A DNA stretch of 64,000 nt from Candidatus Multivoradales bacterium (lineage in GTDB: Bacteria > Acidobacteriota > Thermoanaerobaculia > Multivoradales > JAHEKO01): positions 256,001 through 320,000 of the forward strand of contig CBDCXM010000008.1 in NCBI GenBank assembly GCA_965223855.1, given 5' to 3'. Positions 28,236 to 37,940 of this stretch are shown here, one piece after another. How positions within the stretch are numbered: position 1 is the stretch's first letter; each line of letters begins with the position of its first letter. The translations under genes were made by a program, and so were the position numbers. The notes beneath the pieces were generated by a model. It did not search any database and was not told the DNA's origin. It was given only the letters and a program-made list of their open reading frames with translations.

Positions 28236-30360
28236 ACGACGCCTCGAGCTCGGCGAGCAGACGCTTCGCCTCGGCGATCGCCGACTCCCGCCGCGCCTCG
28301 CCCGCCAGTCGGGTGAGCAGTTCCTTCGCCCTCGCCGTCTCGCCGAGTTCAATCCACGCGGAGGCGAGCCCGAGCGTGGCCGCCGGATACGGCTGCTGGT
28401 AGCGCAGGGCGCGCTCGAAAGCGTCGGCCGCCGGCGACGGCCTGCCGGAGCGCATCTCGAGCAGGCCGAGGTTGTAGTGCGCCCGAGCCGAGAAGGGGGC
28501 CACCTCGAGAGAACGCACGAGGGCCTCGCGAGCCTCGTCGAGTCGATCGAGACGGCCGAGAGCGATGCCGAGGCCGATCCAGCTGTCGCGGTGGCTCGGG
28601 TCGATCTCCAGCGTCCGGCGGTAGGCCTCGACGGCGGTCTCCTGGCGCCCCTCCCGGGACTCGAGATCGGCGGTGAGGAACGCCGCCGTCAGGTGAGAGG
28701 GGGCCACCTGCCGCGCCGCGGAGAGCAGGTCGCGTGCCGAGTCGGCCTCACCGCGGTCATACTCGAGCTGGGCGAGCGCCACGAGAGTCTCGGGATCTTC
28801 CGGATCCGCAGCCTGGGCCTGCCGGAAGAGCGAAAACGCGGCTTCGGAGCGGCCCAGCTTGCGCTCGAGATTGGCGAGGCTGCCGAGGAAGGTCGGGTTG
28901 GAGGGATCGAGCGGCACAAGGACGTTCGAGTAGATCTCGGCCGCCTCCCGCAGTTGCCCCCGGCCGGCGAGCGCGTTGGCGAGGTAGTAGTCAGCGAGGA
29001 AGGTGATCCCCTCGTTGGGGCTCCTGAGTCCGGTCGGTTCGCGGGGAGTGAGCTCGGCGTCGCTCGCCGAGCCGCCCGTCAGGTAGCCGAGCGCCTCGAG
29101 CCGGCGGCGCACGTCGTCGGACATCTCTCCCGCGGCCTCGGAGCTGTCGGTCGCCTCCTCCTCGACCCAGCGGAAGAGCAGCCCCTCCATCGCCGCGGCC
29201 CGTTCCGGCTCGCGATCGACGAGGTTGTACAGCTCGTCAGGATCCGACTGGAGGTCGTAGAGCTCCGGTCTCGGCGCGCGGATGTACTTCCAGCCGTCGG
29301 CCCGCACTCCGAAGAGCGACTCCCAGCCGAACGAGAATCTCGGCAGCGCGCACTCGAAGTAGGCGGGACGGCTGCCGAAGCGCCCGCTCGCGGCCTGGAG
29401 GAGGTCGCGTCCGCGAAGGTCGGACCCGCTGTCGAGGCCGCCGAGGGCGGCGAAGGTCGTGAAGATGTCGAGATGGGAGACCGGCTCCTCGATTCTCGCG
29501 GGCGCCGGTCTGCCGCCCGGTGGCTTCACCATCATCGGCACCCGCAGCGTCGCGTCGTAGGCGAGCACCCCGTGCGTGGCCTCGCCGTGCTGACCGAAGC
29601 CCTCGCCGTGATCGGCCGTCACGAGGATCGCGGTGCGCTCCCACTCGCCCCGCTCCCGGATTCGCTCGAAGAGCCGGGCGATCTGCGAGTCCATGAAGGC
29701 GATCTCACCGTCGTAGGGGCTCTGCGGAAAGCGTTGATCGAAGGGTCGCGGTGGGGCGTAGCGCTGGTGCGGATCGTAGTAGTGCACCCAGAGGAAGTAG
29801 GGCTCGCGGCGATCCCCGTCGAGCCACTCGAGCGCCCGATCGGTCGTCTGGTCGGCCGGACGGTCGGTCACCATCTGGTTGTAGATCCTCGCGTCCCGAA
29901 GCTTGCTCTCGCTCCACCGGTCGGTGAAGGCGTCGTCGTAGAGGTCGAATCCGCGATCGAGGCCGAATCGGGAGTCGAGAACGAAGCCGCTGACGAACGC
30001 CGCGGTCTCGAAGCCGCGCTCGCTCAGGAGAACCGGAAGCGTCTCCAGATCGTCCGGCACGACGAATCTGCCGTTGTCCCTCACCCCATGAGCGAGCGGC
30101 GCGAGACCCGAGAGCATCGAAGTGTGCGCCGGGAGCGTGACGGGCACCATCGAGAAGGCGTTGTCGAAGACGAGGCTCTCGGCGCCCAGAGCATCGAGGG
30201 TCGGCGACGTGCCTTCGGGGTAGCCGTAAAGACCGAGGCGATCCGCGCGGGTCGTGTCGAGCGTGACGAGGACGAGGTTGGGCGGCGCTTCCGAGCCGCA
30301 GCCGACGAGCGCAGAGACGCCCAGCGCAACGAGCGCCGCCCGGCGAGTGAGAGCGCTCAT
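28210..30360 (-). CDS. Sulfatase-like lipoprotein with C-terminal TPRs
   Basis: LVGC lipobox, NLVLVTLDTTRAD, PVTLPAH, HYYDPH, ADHGE, LEALGYL, several TPRs; ATG at 30360 overlaps the upstream stop. Confidence 0.88.
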   Translation of the reverse strand: MSALTRRAALVALGVSALVGCGSEAPPNLVLVTLDTTRADRLGLYGYPEGTSPTLDALGAESLVFDNAFSMVPVTLPAHTSMLSGLAPLAHGVRDNGRFVVPDDLETLPVLLSERGFETAAFVSGFVLDSRFGLDRGFDLYDDAFTDRWSESKLRDARIYNQMVTDRPADQTTDRALEWLDGDRREPYFLWVHYYDPHQRYAPPRPFDQRFPQSPYDGEIAFMDSQIARLFERIRERGEWERTAILVTADHGEGFGQHGEATHGVLAYDATLRVPMMVKPPGGRPAPARIEEPVSHLDIFTTFAALGGLDSGSDLRGRDLLQAASGRFGSRPAYFECALPRFSFGWESLFGVRADGWKYIRAPRPELYDLQSDPDELYNLVDREPERAAAMEGLLFRWVEEEATDSSEAAGEMSDDVRRRLEALGYLTGGSASDAELTPREPTGLRSPNEGITFLADYYLANALAGRGQLREAAEIYSNVLVPLDPSNPTFLGSLANLERKLGRSEAAFSLFRQAQAADPEDPETLVALAQLEYDRGEADSARDLLSAARQVAPSHLTAAFLTADLESREGRQETAVEAYRRTLEIDPSHRDSWIGLGIALGRLDRLDEAREALVRSLEVAPFSARAHYNLGLLEMRSGRPSPAADAFERALRYQQPYPAATLGLASAWIELGETARAKELLTRLAGEARRESAIAEAKRLLAELEASSTATRPEG

Positions 30361-32057
30361 CGCGCGTCGAGCTCGCGGACGTAGGAGTCGATGGCGCCGG
30401 TGTGAAGTTCGAACTCCTCCTCCTCCAGCAGCCGCGCAGCGACTTCCCGATCGAGGCGTCGCACCTCTTCCGCGGCCAGCGTCGAGATGACGTCGTCCCG
30501 CGCGTCGATCCAGGAGCGGGCCTGCGGCTCTGTCCGGCCGAAGAGCTTCACCAGGGCGTAGCGAGGGTGGGGCCCATCCTGGAAGAGCATCGGCTCGGAA
30601 ACCTCGTCGAGTTCCAGCCCGAGGGCGGCCGTCGTCGCTCGCGTGCCGACGAGCGTCCGGACCCTCGGCAGTGGAAGCATGCCGAGCCTGCCGCCGTCGT
30701 CGGCGCTGCGGTGGTCCGACAACGTCTGCGCCAGCGTCTCGAACGACTCGCCCGACAACAGGCGAGCACGGGCCTGTCTCGCCCGCTCGAGAGCGGCCCG
30801 GCGCCCAGGCCGGCCTTCGCCGTCGACGAGCAGCAGGCCGAGATCGAGTTCGAGCTCGGACCGGAAGCGGTCGCGATGCTCCTCGAAGTAGGCCTTCAGC
30901 TCCCCTTCGGGCCGGGTCTCGACCGACCGTCTCCGCTCCGCACGCCACTGCCGGTCGATGAGGAGGCGTTCGAGCGCTGCCTGCTGCAACTTCCCGAACG
31001 GCTCGGCCAGGGTCGGGTCGGCGTCGAGCGCCTCGCGGGTGAGGAGCACCGCCTCGCCGAACTGCCGCAGCAGCTCACCGGGCTGCGGCAGCCAGAGCAG
31101 CGGCTCGCCGTCCGGAGACAGCCCCTCGAGTTCCGGTGCCGTGAAGCTCTCCTCGCCGACGATGAGAGAGGGCCGACCGGCTGCGGTGGGGTCGAGAAGC
31201 GCCTCACGATCGACGAGGATGGGCGAGACCTCTGCCAGTCCGGCCAGCACCTCTCGGCCGCACTGCTCGAAGGCGGCGAGCCGAAGCGCCTGCTCGAGCT
31301 CCTGGCGTACCTCCTCGAGGGCCGGCCGCACGGTGGTGCCCGACGCCTCTCGCAGAAGCAGGTGCATTCCGTTGCCGGTCTCGACGACGCCGCTCACTTC
31401 TCCGTCGCCGAGCGCCCACGCCGCTTCGAGGACCGTCTCGTCCACCGGTGCGGACCTCGACAGACGCCCGATCAGTCCGCCCTCCTTCGCCGTTTCCGAC
31501 TCGGAATGAAGGCGAGCCAGCTCGAGGAAGCTCGCACCGGCTTCGATCTCCCGGTCGAGATCTTCGAGCCGCTCGCGAGCCGCGGCTCGCTCTTGCGGAT
31601 CGGCACCGGCGCGCCTGTAGATATGCCGCAGGAGGATCCACTCCTGTCGGGGCTCGGGATGGCGCTTGCGCCACGCCGCCTCGATCTGCTCCTCGGGCAC
31701 CTCGACGTCGCCGCACCTCCGCGCCATGTACCCTCTGCCGATCTCGCGACTGGCCCCGAAGCGGGTTCTCAGGCGATCCGCCGCGGTCACGCTCTGGGAC
31801 TGTTCCGCCCGGCGGCTGACGATCTCCTCCACCGCGAGCTCGCGCACCCGCTCGGAGACCCAGTCCGTCAGCGAGGAGGCCTCGGCAGCTTGACGCTCTG
31901 GGGCGCTCGCCGCACGCACGCCGGCGTCGAGAGCCTCGACGGTGATCCGGCCTCCCCGCCACGAAGCGAGGGCGCCGGTCTCGTCAGGCGGCTCGCAGCC
32001 GCTCGCCGCCACACCGACCAGCAGCACGACCGTCCGAACTGCGCTCCACCGTGTCAT
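30357..32057 (-). CDS. PpiC/parvulin-type peptidyl-prolyl isomerase lipoprotein with two rotamase domains
   Basis: AASGC lipobox; SFLELARLHSE..AKEGG; SFETLAQTLSD..ADDGG. Confidence 0.82.
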   Translation of the reverse strand: MTRWSAVRTVVLLVGVAASGCEPPDETGALASWRGGRITVEALDAGVRAASAPERQAAEASSLTDWVSERVRELAVEEIVSRRAEQSQSVTAADRLRTRFGASREIGRGYMARRCGDVEVPEEQIEAAWRKRHPEPRQEWILLRHIYRRAGADPQERAAARERLEDLDREIEAGASFLELARLHSESETAKEGGLIGRLSRSAPVDETVLEAAWALGDGEVSGVVETGNGMHLLLREASGTTVRPALEEVRQELEQALRLAAFEQCGREVLAGLAEVSPILVDREALLDPTAAGRPSLIVGEESFTAPELEGLSPDGEPLLWLPQPGELLRQFGEAVLLTREALDADPTLAEPFGKLQQAALERLLIDRQWRAERRRSVETRPEGELKAYFEEHRDRFRSELELDLGLLLVDGEGRPGRRAALERARQARARLLSGESFETLAQTLSDHRSADDGGRLGMLPLPRVRTLVGTRATTAALGLELDEVSEPMLFQDGPHPRYALVKLFGRTEPQARSWIDARDDVISTLAAEEVRRLDREVAARLLEEEEFELHTGAIDSYVRELDAR

Positions 32058-32162
32058 CCCTCGTTCCCCCGACGCAGCAAGGCCGCGATCCCCTTCTTCC
32101 GACCGAAAACCCGACGGAAGGGGCACCGCGGCCACGCAGTGCTGCGACGCTCGGCAGCGGCC

Positions 32163-32867
32163 TCAGTCGATCGAGACGCGCTCCAGCTCGACCGGCACGT
32201 TGCCGTCGACGACCAGCCGGACGAAGTAGTTGCCCGAGAAACCGAAGTTGCCGAGCGTGCCCGGGCCGAGGCTCAGCACCAGCGTGTTGTTCGAGGACTC
32301 GCCCGCGAACTCACGGTCGTTGTTCGGACCGTTGGTGTCGCGATCGATGAACCAGCTCGTCGTCCCCAACCCGCCGAGACCGACGAGCACGCTGCCGTTG
32401 GGGGTGTTGACGACGGGGCCGCCGCTGATCGACACCTGCTGAGTCACGCCGGTGCTCGCTCCGGCCGGCTCCTGCACCAACGGAGAGCCTCCGGTCGGGA
32501 ACCCGCTGGCAGTGAGTGGATGCCAGAAGTTGACGTTGGCCGCCGTGATTCCTGGCGCGCCGGACCGCACCCGGACGTAGGCTCCCCGCAGCACGAAGGG
32601 CACCAGCCCCGTCGTCGCGGCCGCACCGCCAAAACGCATCGCGAACTGTCCGTCGTAGTGGCCGCCCGTCGGGCCGAGGCCGTTCTCGAAGGAACCGTCG
32701 TCCCACATCAGAGTCGTCTGTCCCAACGTACCCGCCGGCGGCGGAGCAGGCCTCGCAGTACCGGCATCGGCAGGCTCGGCCAGATTCGGCTGCGCCTGAA
32801 CCCCGGCCGCCACCAGAAGCCCGACCAACCCGGCGATCAAGAAAACGCTTCGATTCCCTCTCGTCAT
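32163..32867 (-). CDS. Secreted beta-rich protein ending in VPVELERVSID
   Basis: Signal peptide (VQA-Q), Pro/Ala-rich segment, WDDG motif, good RBS (GGAGGAAAG) upstream. Confidence 0.75.
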   Translation of the reverse strand: MTRGNRSVFLIAGLVGLLVAAGVQAQPNLAEPADAGTARPAPPPAGTLGQTTLMWDDGSFENGLGPTGGHYDGQFAMRFGGAAATTGLVPFVLRGAYVRVRSGAPGITAANVNFWHPLTASGFPTGGSPLVQEPAGASTGVTQQVSISGGPVVNTPNGSVLVGLGGLGTTSWFIDRDTNGPNNDREFAGESSNNTLVLSLGPGTLGNFGFSGNYFVRLVVDGNVPVELERVSID

Positions 32868-33028
32868 GCCTGCTTTCCTCCCTGTGCTGGTGGATTCTGC
32901 ACCACCACCGCACCGCCTACCGGTGCAGCCAATCCTTGCACCCTAGCACGCCGGAATTGCGGTCTCTACCCCCATCGTCCTCGCGGACGGCGACGAGAAG
33001 CGGCTTCTTCGCCAGGGGGCGGACCCCC

Positions 33029-34147
33029 TCACTCCCCGGGCGAGAGACCGACCAGCCGCCTTCCGATCCGAGGACCGTCGGCGGCGGAGCCGGCGAACGC
33101 ATCCGCACCGATCCGCTCGCACAACTGCGGGCGCTGCTCCAGGCTTCGGCCGCCGAGCAGGATCCCGAGGCCGGGAGTCCGGGCCCGTATCCTCTCGACC
33201 AGATCGATGGTCTCACTCAGTTGCGTCGACAGCGACATCGAAAGTGCCAGCAGATCCGGCTCGAACGCAGCCAGGCCGAGCACCAGGTCGTCGCTCGACA
33301 TCGGCTCGGCGAGATGGACGGTGCGCCACCCATCCATCTCGAAGTGCGCAGCGACCATCCTCGTGCCGATGTCGTGAAAGTTGCCGGGCGCGAGGGCGAC
33401 GACGACGGACTTGCCGTTGGGCTCGTCTCCACCGGTGGAGAGCTCGGCCGCCCGCTGTCGGAGGAGGGTCAGGACGAAACGGGTGGTGTCGGTTACGAAG
33501 TGCTCCTGCGCCACTCCGACCTCGTGGGCATGCCACATCTCACCCACTCGCCGCTGGGCGACGCCCAACACCTCGAACCCCTCCACCACCGCCAGGCCAT
33601 CCTCGACCGCTCCCATCACCGCATCGACAGCCCGCTGATGGTCGCCTTCGAGAGCCGCCTCCAGGTAGCCGAGGGCGACCCTCTCCGTCTCACGATCCGC
33701 GGGCGCGACCGGCTGCGGAGCGACTGCCTCGGCATCGGGCGCCTCGGTATCGGACACCTCGGCATCGAGAGCCCCCAGGGCCTCGTCGATGCAGGTCAGC
33801 GGCAACTCGCCTGCGCTCTCCGGAAGCTCGTCGACAAGCACCTCCCGCAAGCACTCGAGGCTCGCCCGAAGATCCGACTGAGGAACCTCTCGCGCCCGAA
33901 ACGCCTCCGCCGACCAAGCCACCTCGGCGGCGAACATCTCCGGCTCCTCCGCGAGGAGTGCCGCAGCCAGCTCCTCGATCCGCTGCCCGAGGTGAGCCTG
34001 CCAATCGGCGAACGCACCCGCCCCGAAGCGCCCGGCCGTATCCGGATGCTTCTCCAGCAGAAGGCGGGCGGCCTCCGCCGCATACCCCCTCGCACTGGCC
34101 GTCAACACCCGTGCCGCAAACTCGGAAGAAGTCGTCACGTCACCCAA
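33029..34147 (-). CDS. Stand-alone cobalamin-binding protein (CarH-like B12 module with N-terminal helical domain)
   Basis: W-x9-EH (WHAHEVGVAQEH), xxHxxG (NFHDIG), Rossmann LSMS and LLGG elements. Confidence 0.85.
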   Translation of the reverse strand: MGDVTTSSEFAARVLTASARGYAAEAARLLLEKHPDTAGRFGAGAFADWQAHLGQRIEELAAALLAEEPEMFAAEVAWSAEAFRAREVPQSDLRASLECLREVLVDELPESAGELPLTCIDEALGALDAEVSDTEAPDAEAVAPQPVAPADRETERVALGYLEAALEGDHQRAVDAVMGAVEDGLAVVEGFEVLGVAQRRVGEMWHAHEVGVAQEHFVTDTTRFVLTLLRQRAAELSTGGDEPNGKSVVVALAPGNFHDIGTRMVAAHFEMDGWRTVHLAEPMSSDDLVLGLAAFEPDLLALSMSLSTQLSETIDLVERIRARTPGLGILLGGRSLEQRPQLCERIGADAFAGSAADGPRIGRRLVGLSPGE

Positions 34148-34559
34148 GAGTAGCGCTCTTCACGCTCCCCGCGTGTGCGCGGCCCGGACGAGAAGGCCGG
34201 AATCGACCTGAAGCCCGATCACTCTTCAACGTTCGCTCGACCTGCACGATCGGATGCCCAAAGCCGCCCAATCCGGCCGCTAGTGAGCTAAGTGATGCCG
34301 AAGAGCCCGGAGCGAGTCGCGACGAGTCGCCCAAGGGCCGCAGGACTGCTGGTGCGTTTTCCGAGTTCTCTGCTCGCACCGTTGGCGGGGAAGGGCTACT
34401 CATGGCGAAGGCAGATAGAACCGAACCCTCGACGTGCGCAAGCACATCGACAACTTGCTCCTACGGGAGAGACTGAGTTGAGCCCGGCGTCATAGGCGCC
34501 CCGAAGCGCCATCCAACTCCGGACGCGTCCGGCGCAACTACCTCCGACCGACCCGGATC

Positions 34560-37500
34560 CTAATCGAAGAGGGTCCTCTCCGCTGGCCTGCGAAGGGGAG
34601 CCTTGCGCAAGACGCCGGGCACGGGCGACAGGTCTTCTGCCACGAAGCAGTCCCCGTTCACAATGACCTCCATGAGCGCAGCCTGCTCCTCGTAGCCCTC
34701 GACGGTGGCCTCCAGAACCCAGAGCAACTCAAGCAACTCACTGGTGAACCGACTCGTCCATCGAATCGGACGAATGTCGTCAAGAGGCGAAGACCTCTTG
34801 CCGGCCCCCGTCTTCATCCGGTACTTCAACCAGGACTGGACTACCTTGAGGCCCGAGACCTCGAACTCGAATACCTCGCTCAAGACCGGCCCGAACTCTC
34901 CTTCACCAACTCGCAGGGTCTGTGATCCCGCGAGGTAGCGGAAAGTCTCCGGGTAGCCCTCCAAATCGTCGGGCACGGCCTTCGAGCACCTAGCTCTGCC
35001 ACGGGGAAGCCTGCCACGCTGTTCACCCTTGGGGACGAAGCGCTCCCCGAACGTGTGTAGCCAGATCAGTCGTGCCCCGACGGCACGCATCTTGTCGAAG
35101 AGTTCAACATCCTTGGTGATGGGTACTCGAACCTCGCGGCTCTCCATCTCCTTTGCGTAGAGGGCGGTGAAGGCGGGCTGGGCCATCAGCCCATAGACGT
35201 ACGCTGTCAAGTCCTCAGCGCCCATTGACCGACCAAAACACTCGGAGAGAACATCAAGCAGGCCGGGATGCACGTTCGCATCGCTCCGGTCGGGAGACCG
35301 AAACAGCGGCATAACCGCCTTGGCCCCGTAGGAGCCGCGGAAGTGATCAAGATCCGGTATGTGGGCTGTACAGGTAAGGCCTGGCCCCTTGGCTAGCGGT
35401 TGTGAGAAGAGACTCACGAAGTAGATCTGATGACCGACAACGGGTTCACGCTGGCCTACGTGGAAGTCCTTCGCGACGAGCGCAAGGAGTCTGCGGTGGA
35501 CTTCCACGAAGTAGATCTGGTGCGCACCATGAATGCGCCAAAGTGCAGGGCGAAGATAGTCACCTACCCTGCTGTCAGCCAGAATCCATTGACGGTCGAG
35601 CGTCCTATAGCCATAGGGAACCCTGTCTGGTGGCGGGCTCTCCCTCACAAGACCTGCAAGCGGTTCCTCCCGCTCGCTGGCGTTCGCGAGTGACGGGTAG
35701 CTGTGGTCGATCTTCCGGTCGCGAGTTTCCTTGAACGCAGTCGAACGATTCGGAGCATGCAACAGAGCTCGCCATCTCGCTTCGAGAGTCTCCGGGTCAG
35801 GCCCGATAGGCCAAGTGCGCTTAACCTGAGCACCCGAGTGCTGCCAAGGGAGTACGTCGGTCAACAACGGCCACGAGAAGTAGTCACCCATGCCTGATGG
35901 GCGGAACGGAGACTGCCAGTCGTCGGGACAGACCTCCCAATTGATCGAACCAACGCCAGCTAAGCTATCCAGCGTGGCGAGCTTCTCCTTCTTCGTACCG
36001 CGAATACGAGCGTAGTGCACCACGGCGGGATCGTTGGAATCGCCCGTCCTCTCGCGAACTGCGAGAGCGATGGCAACCGGGGTCTGGATAGAGAAGACGT
36101 TGTCACTCCTGCGTGTTCCTCTGCCTTCACCTCCAAGATCGAGTATCCAAATCTGATCGCATTGCCTTCGCAGGTGTTCGCGCATGCCGCAAAAAGCGTC
36201 ACCATCGATGTAGCTCGAGGCGCTGATGAAACTGACGACACCCGGACCAAGCGAACTCGTGTGCTCTAGCACCTTCCATAGTGCCCATCGCCAGAAGTAA
36301 ACGTAGAGGTTGTAGAGGTTCTTGGCGTGTACACCGTGGCCGGCATCGATGGCCGGATCCAAGAACGACCGAAGGATCGAATCCGAACCATCAGCGCTAT
36401 CCCCCCACCGGACCCATCCGCCTGTGCGCCCCTTGTTCGAGCTGGTTGCGGCCTCGTGACGGTCATACGGGGGATTGCCCAAGCAGACGATAACCGGCAC
36501 GTCGCTCTTGACCCTTAGGGCTTTCGCGTGCTGTTCAGCGATCGGTTTCAAGAAGAGCGGCAATTGCGGCGGCTTCGCGTGCGGGCTCTCAAGTGTGTCC
36601 GTCAAGTAGACGTGGGGCCCGTCGTCGGGAAGGGATCCGCCCCGATCCCGAAAGGCCCGGCTCACTCTGAGCTCGGCAACAGCGTAAGGACCTACCAAGA
36701 GCTCGAACCCGTAGAGGTTCCTAGCTAGCGCGGTCGCTTGCCCAGCGACGGCTCCTGCGCCCTCTTCCTTCTCAACACGGCGCAGCGCATGCTCTATTAC
36801 GCCCAGAAGATACGTCCCAGTGCCTACTGCCGGATCGAGCGTGACAACGCCAGACTCAGCAAAGCCAAGAGGCCTGCCCAGTCGATTGACCAGCAAGTCG
36901 TCAATTAGGCGAACTTGGCAGTGCACGATCTCTACCGGGGTGTAGTAGGCACCGACCTCCTTCCGCAGCTTCGGGTCGTAGTCGGCCAAGAAGTCCTCGT
37001 AGAAGTACAGCCAAGGATCCTGGGCTGCGACGAAGGTAGAAGCCGGTACCTCCGCGATCACACGCAGCAGGAGGTCAAGTGACGAAGCCATCTCGGCCCG
37101 AGCGCCAGGATCCGTCAAGACCTGTAGGGCTCGAGAAAGAAGGTTGTGCTGTGTTGCGAGTGCTGCCTGAGCGCTGTGCAGAGTTAGCGGGTCCGCGCCC
37201 TCACTTCGTCCAAGGAGCAGGGCGAACGCTACCGTCTGCGCGTAGGCGTCTGCGAATTGCCTGTCCGTGGCTTCTGGAAACAAGAGCTGGCGCCAGTCCT
37301 TGGCCAACTCGTTTATTGGGGAGCTCTGATCCTGAAGGGCATCGCCAACATCCTCCCGGAGCAAACGACACAAGGGCGCGAGAATAGCTGCGAAAGCCCC
37401 AAGGTCGATCTTGCCTTCCCTGTTGGTAGGCAGAATCGGCTTCCACGAGAGGAAATCGCGCAGCAGCTTCTCTAGGGTCTTGGCGGTTTCACCGTCAGCT

Positions 37501-37940
37501 GCGTCAGCGCCGGCGACGGCCACGTCGCCTGGCAGACGAGCAACTGTGCCTACGAGCGTTCCACTTCGATACAGGGCCCACTCATTTCCATCCGTGTAGA
37601 GAATGTTCGGGATGGCTGAGAAACGCTTGAACTGCCTCTTGTTGTGCCCCTTGAAGCGCCTCCCCAAAGCACCCACACCAGGAGCCTTGAGTTCCACGTA
37701 GCCTGCCAGCGTCTTTCCGACGTGCACCGCGTAGTCGGGTCGTCCCAGGCGCCCTGGTAGGGGAGTTTCTCCGGTACACACTACGCTCGACGCGAGCGCC
37801 TCGGCCGCGGCGTGCATGAAGTTCTCAAACGGACCGCGGAGCTGGTCCTCCGGCTCGCCGCTCGTGAGTTGGTTCGACTTGGCGGTGACAGCCGCCGCAA
37901 ACTCTCGTAGGGGCTCGAGGACTGAACTAACTTGGAACAT
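34560..37940 (-). CDS. Fused restriction endonuclease / N6-adenine methyltransferase / target recognition protein (type IIG, type ISP-like C-terminus, no helicase)
   Basis: PD...ELK nuclease motif, GAYYTP, DPAVGTG, NPPY, YGYRTLDRQW; visibly more AT-rich codons than its neighbours. Confidence 0.88.
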   Translation of the reverse strand: MFQVSSVLEPLREFAAAVTAKSNQLTSGEPEDQLRGPFENFMHAAAEALASSVVCTGETPLPGRLGRPDYAVHVGKTLAGYVELKAPGVGALGRRFKGHNKRQFKRFSAIPNILYTDGNEWALYRSGTLVGTVARLPGDVAVAGADAADGETAKTLEKLLRDFLSWKPILPTNREGKIDLGAFAAILAPLCRLLREDVGDALQDQSSPINELAKDWRQLLFPEATDRQFADAYAQTVAFALLLGRSEGADPLTLHSAQAALATQHNLLSRALQVLTDPGARAEMASSLDLLLRVIAEVPASTFVAAQDPWLYFYEDFLADYDPKLRKEVGAYYTPVEIVHCQVRLIDDLLVNRLGRPLGFAESGVVTLDPAVGTGTYLLGVIEHALRRVEKEEGAGAVAGQATALARNLYGFELLVGPYAVAELRVSRAFRDRGGSLPDDGPHVYLTDTLESPHAKPPQLPLFLKPIAEQHAKALRVKSDVPVIVCLGNPPYDRHEAATSSNKGRTGGWVRWGDSADGSDSILRSFLDPAIDAGHGVHAKNLYNLYVYFWRWALWKVLEHTSSLGPGVVSFISASSYIDGDAFCGMREHLRRQCDQIWILDLGGEGRGTRRSDNVFSIQTPVAIALAVRERTGDSNDPAVVHYARIRGTKKEKLATLDSLAGVGSINWEVCPDDWQSPFRPSGMGDYFSWPLLTDVLPWQHSGAQVKRTWPIGPDPETLEARWRALLHAPNRSTAFKETRDRKIDHSYPSLANASEREEPLAGLVRESPPPDRVPYGYRTLDRQWILADSRVGDYLRPALWRIHGAHQIYFVEVHRRLLALVAKDFHVGQREPVVGHQIYFVSLFSQPLAKGPGLTCTAHIPDLDHFRGSYGAKAVMPLFRSPDRSDANVHPGLLDVLSECFGRSMGAEDLTAYVYGLMAQPAFTALYAKEMESREVRVPITKDVELFDKMRAVGARLIWLHTFGERFVPKGEQRGRLPRGRARCSKAVPDDLEGYPETFRYLAGSQTLRVGEGEFGPVLSEVFEFEVSGLKVVQSWLKYRMKTGAGKRSSPLDDIRPIRWTSRFTSELLELLWVLEATVEGYEEQAALMEVIVNGDCFVAEDLSPVPGVLRKAPLRRPAERTLFD
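35415..35519 (+). other. 75-bp IS481-transposase-like insert bounded by a 15-bp direct repeat inside the RM gene
   Basis: CACGAAGTAGATCTG at 35415 and 35505; the insert reads MTDNG-FTLAYVEVLRDERKESAVDF on the plus strand. Confidence 0.7.

Noticed and set aside
34150-34560. Cobalamin riboswitch upstream of the B12-binding gene
   Set aside because: I could not find the conserved B12-box elements in the right order on the minus strand
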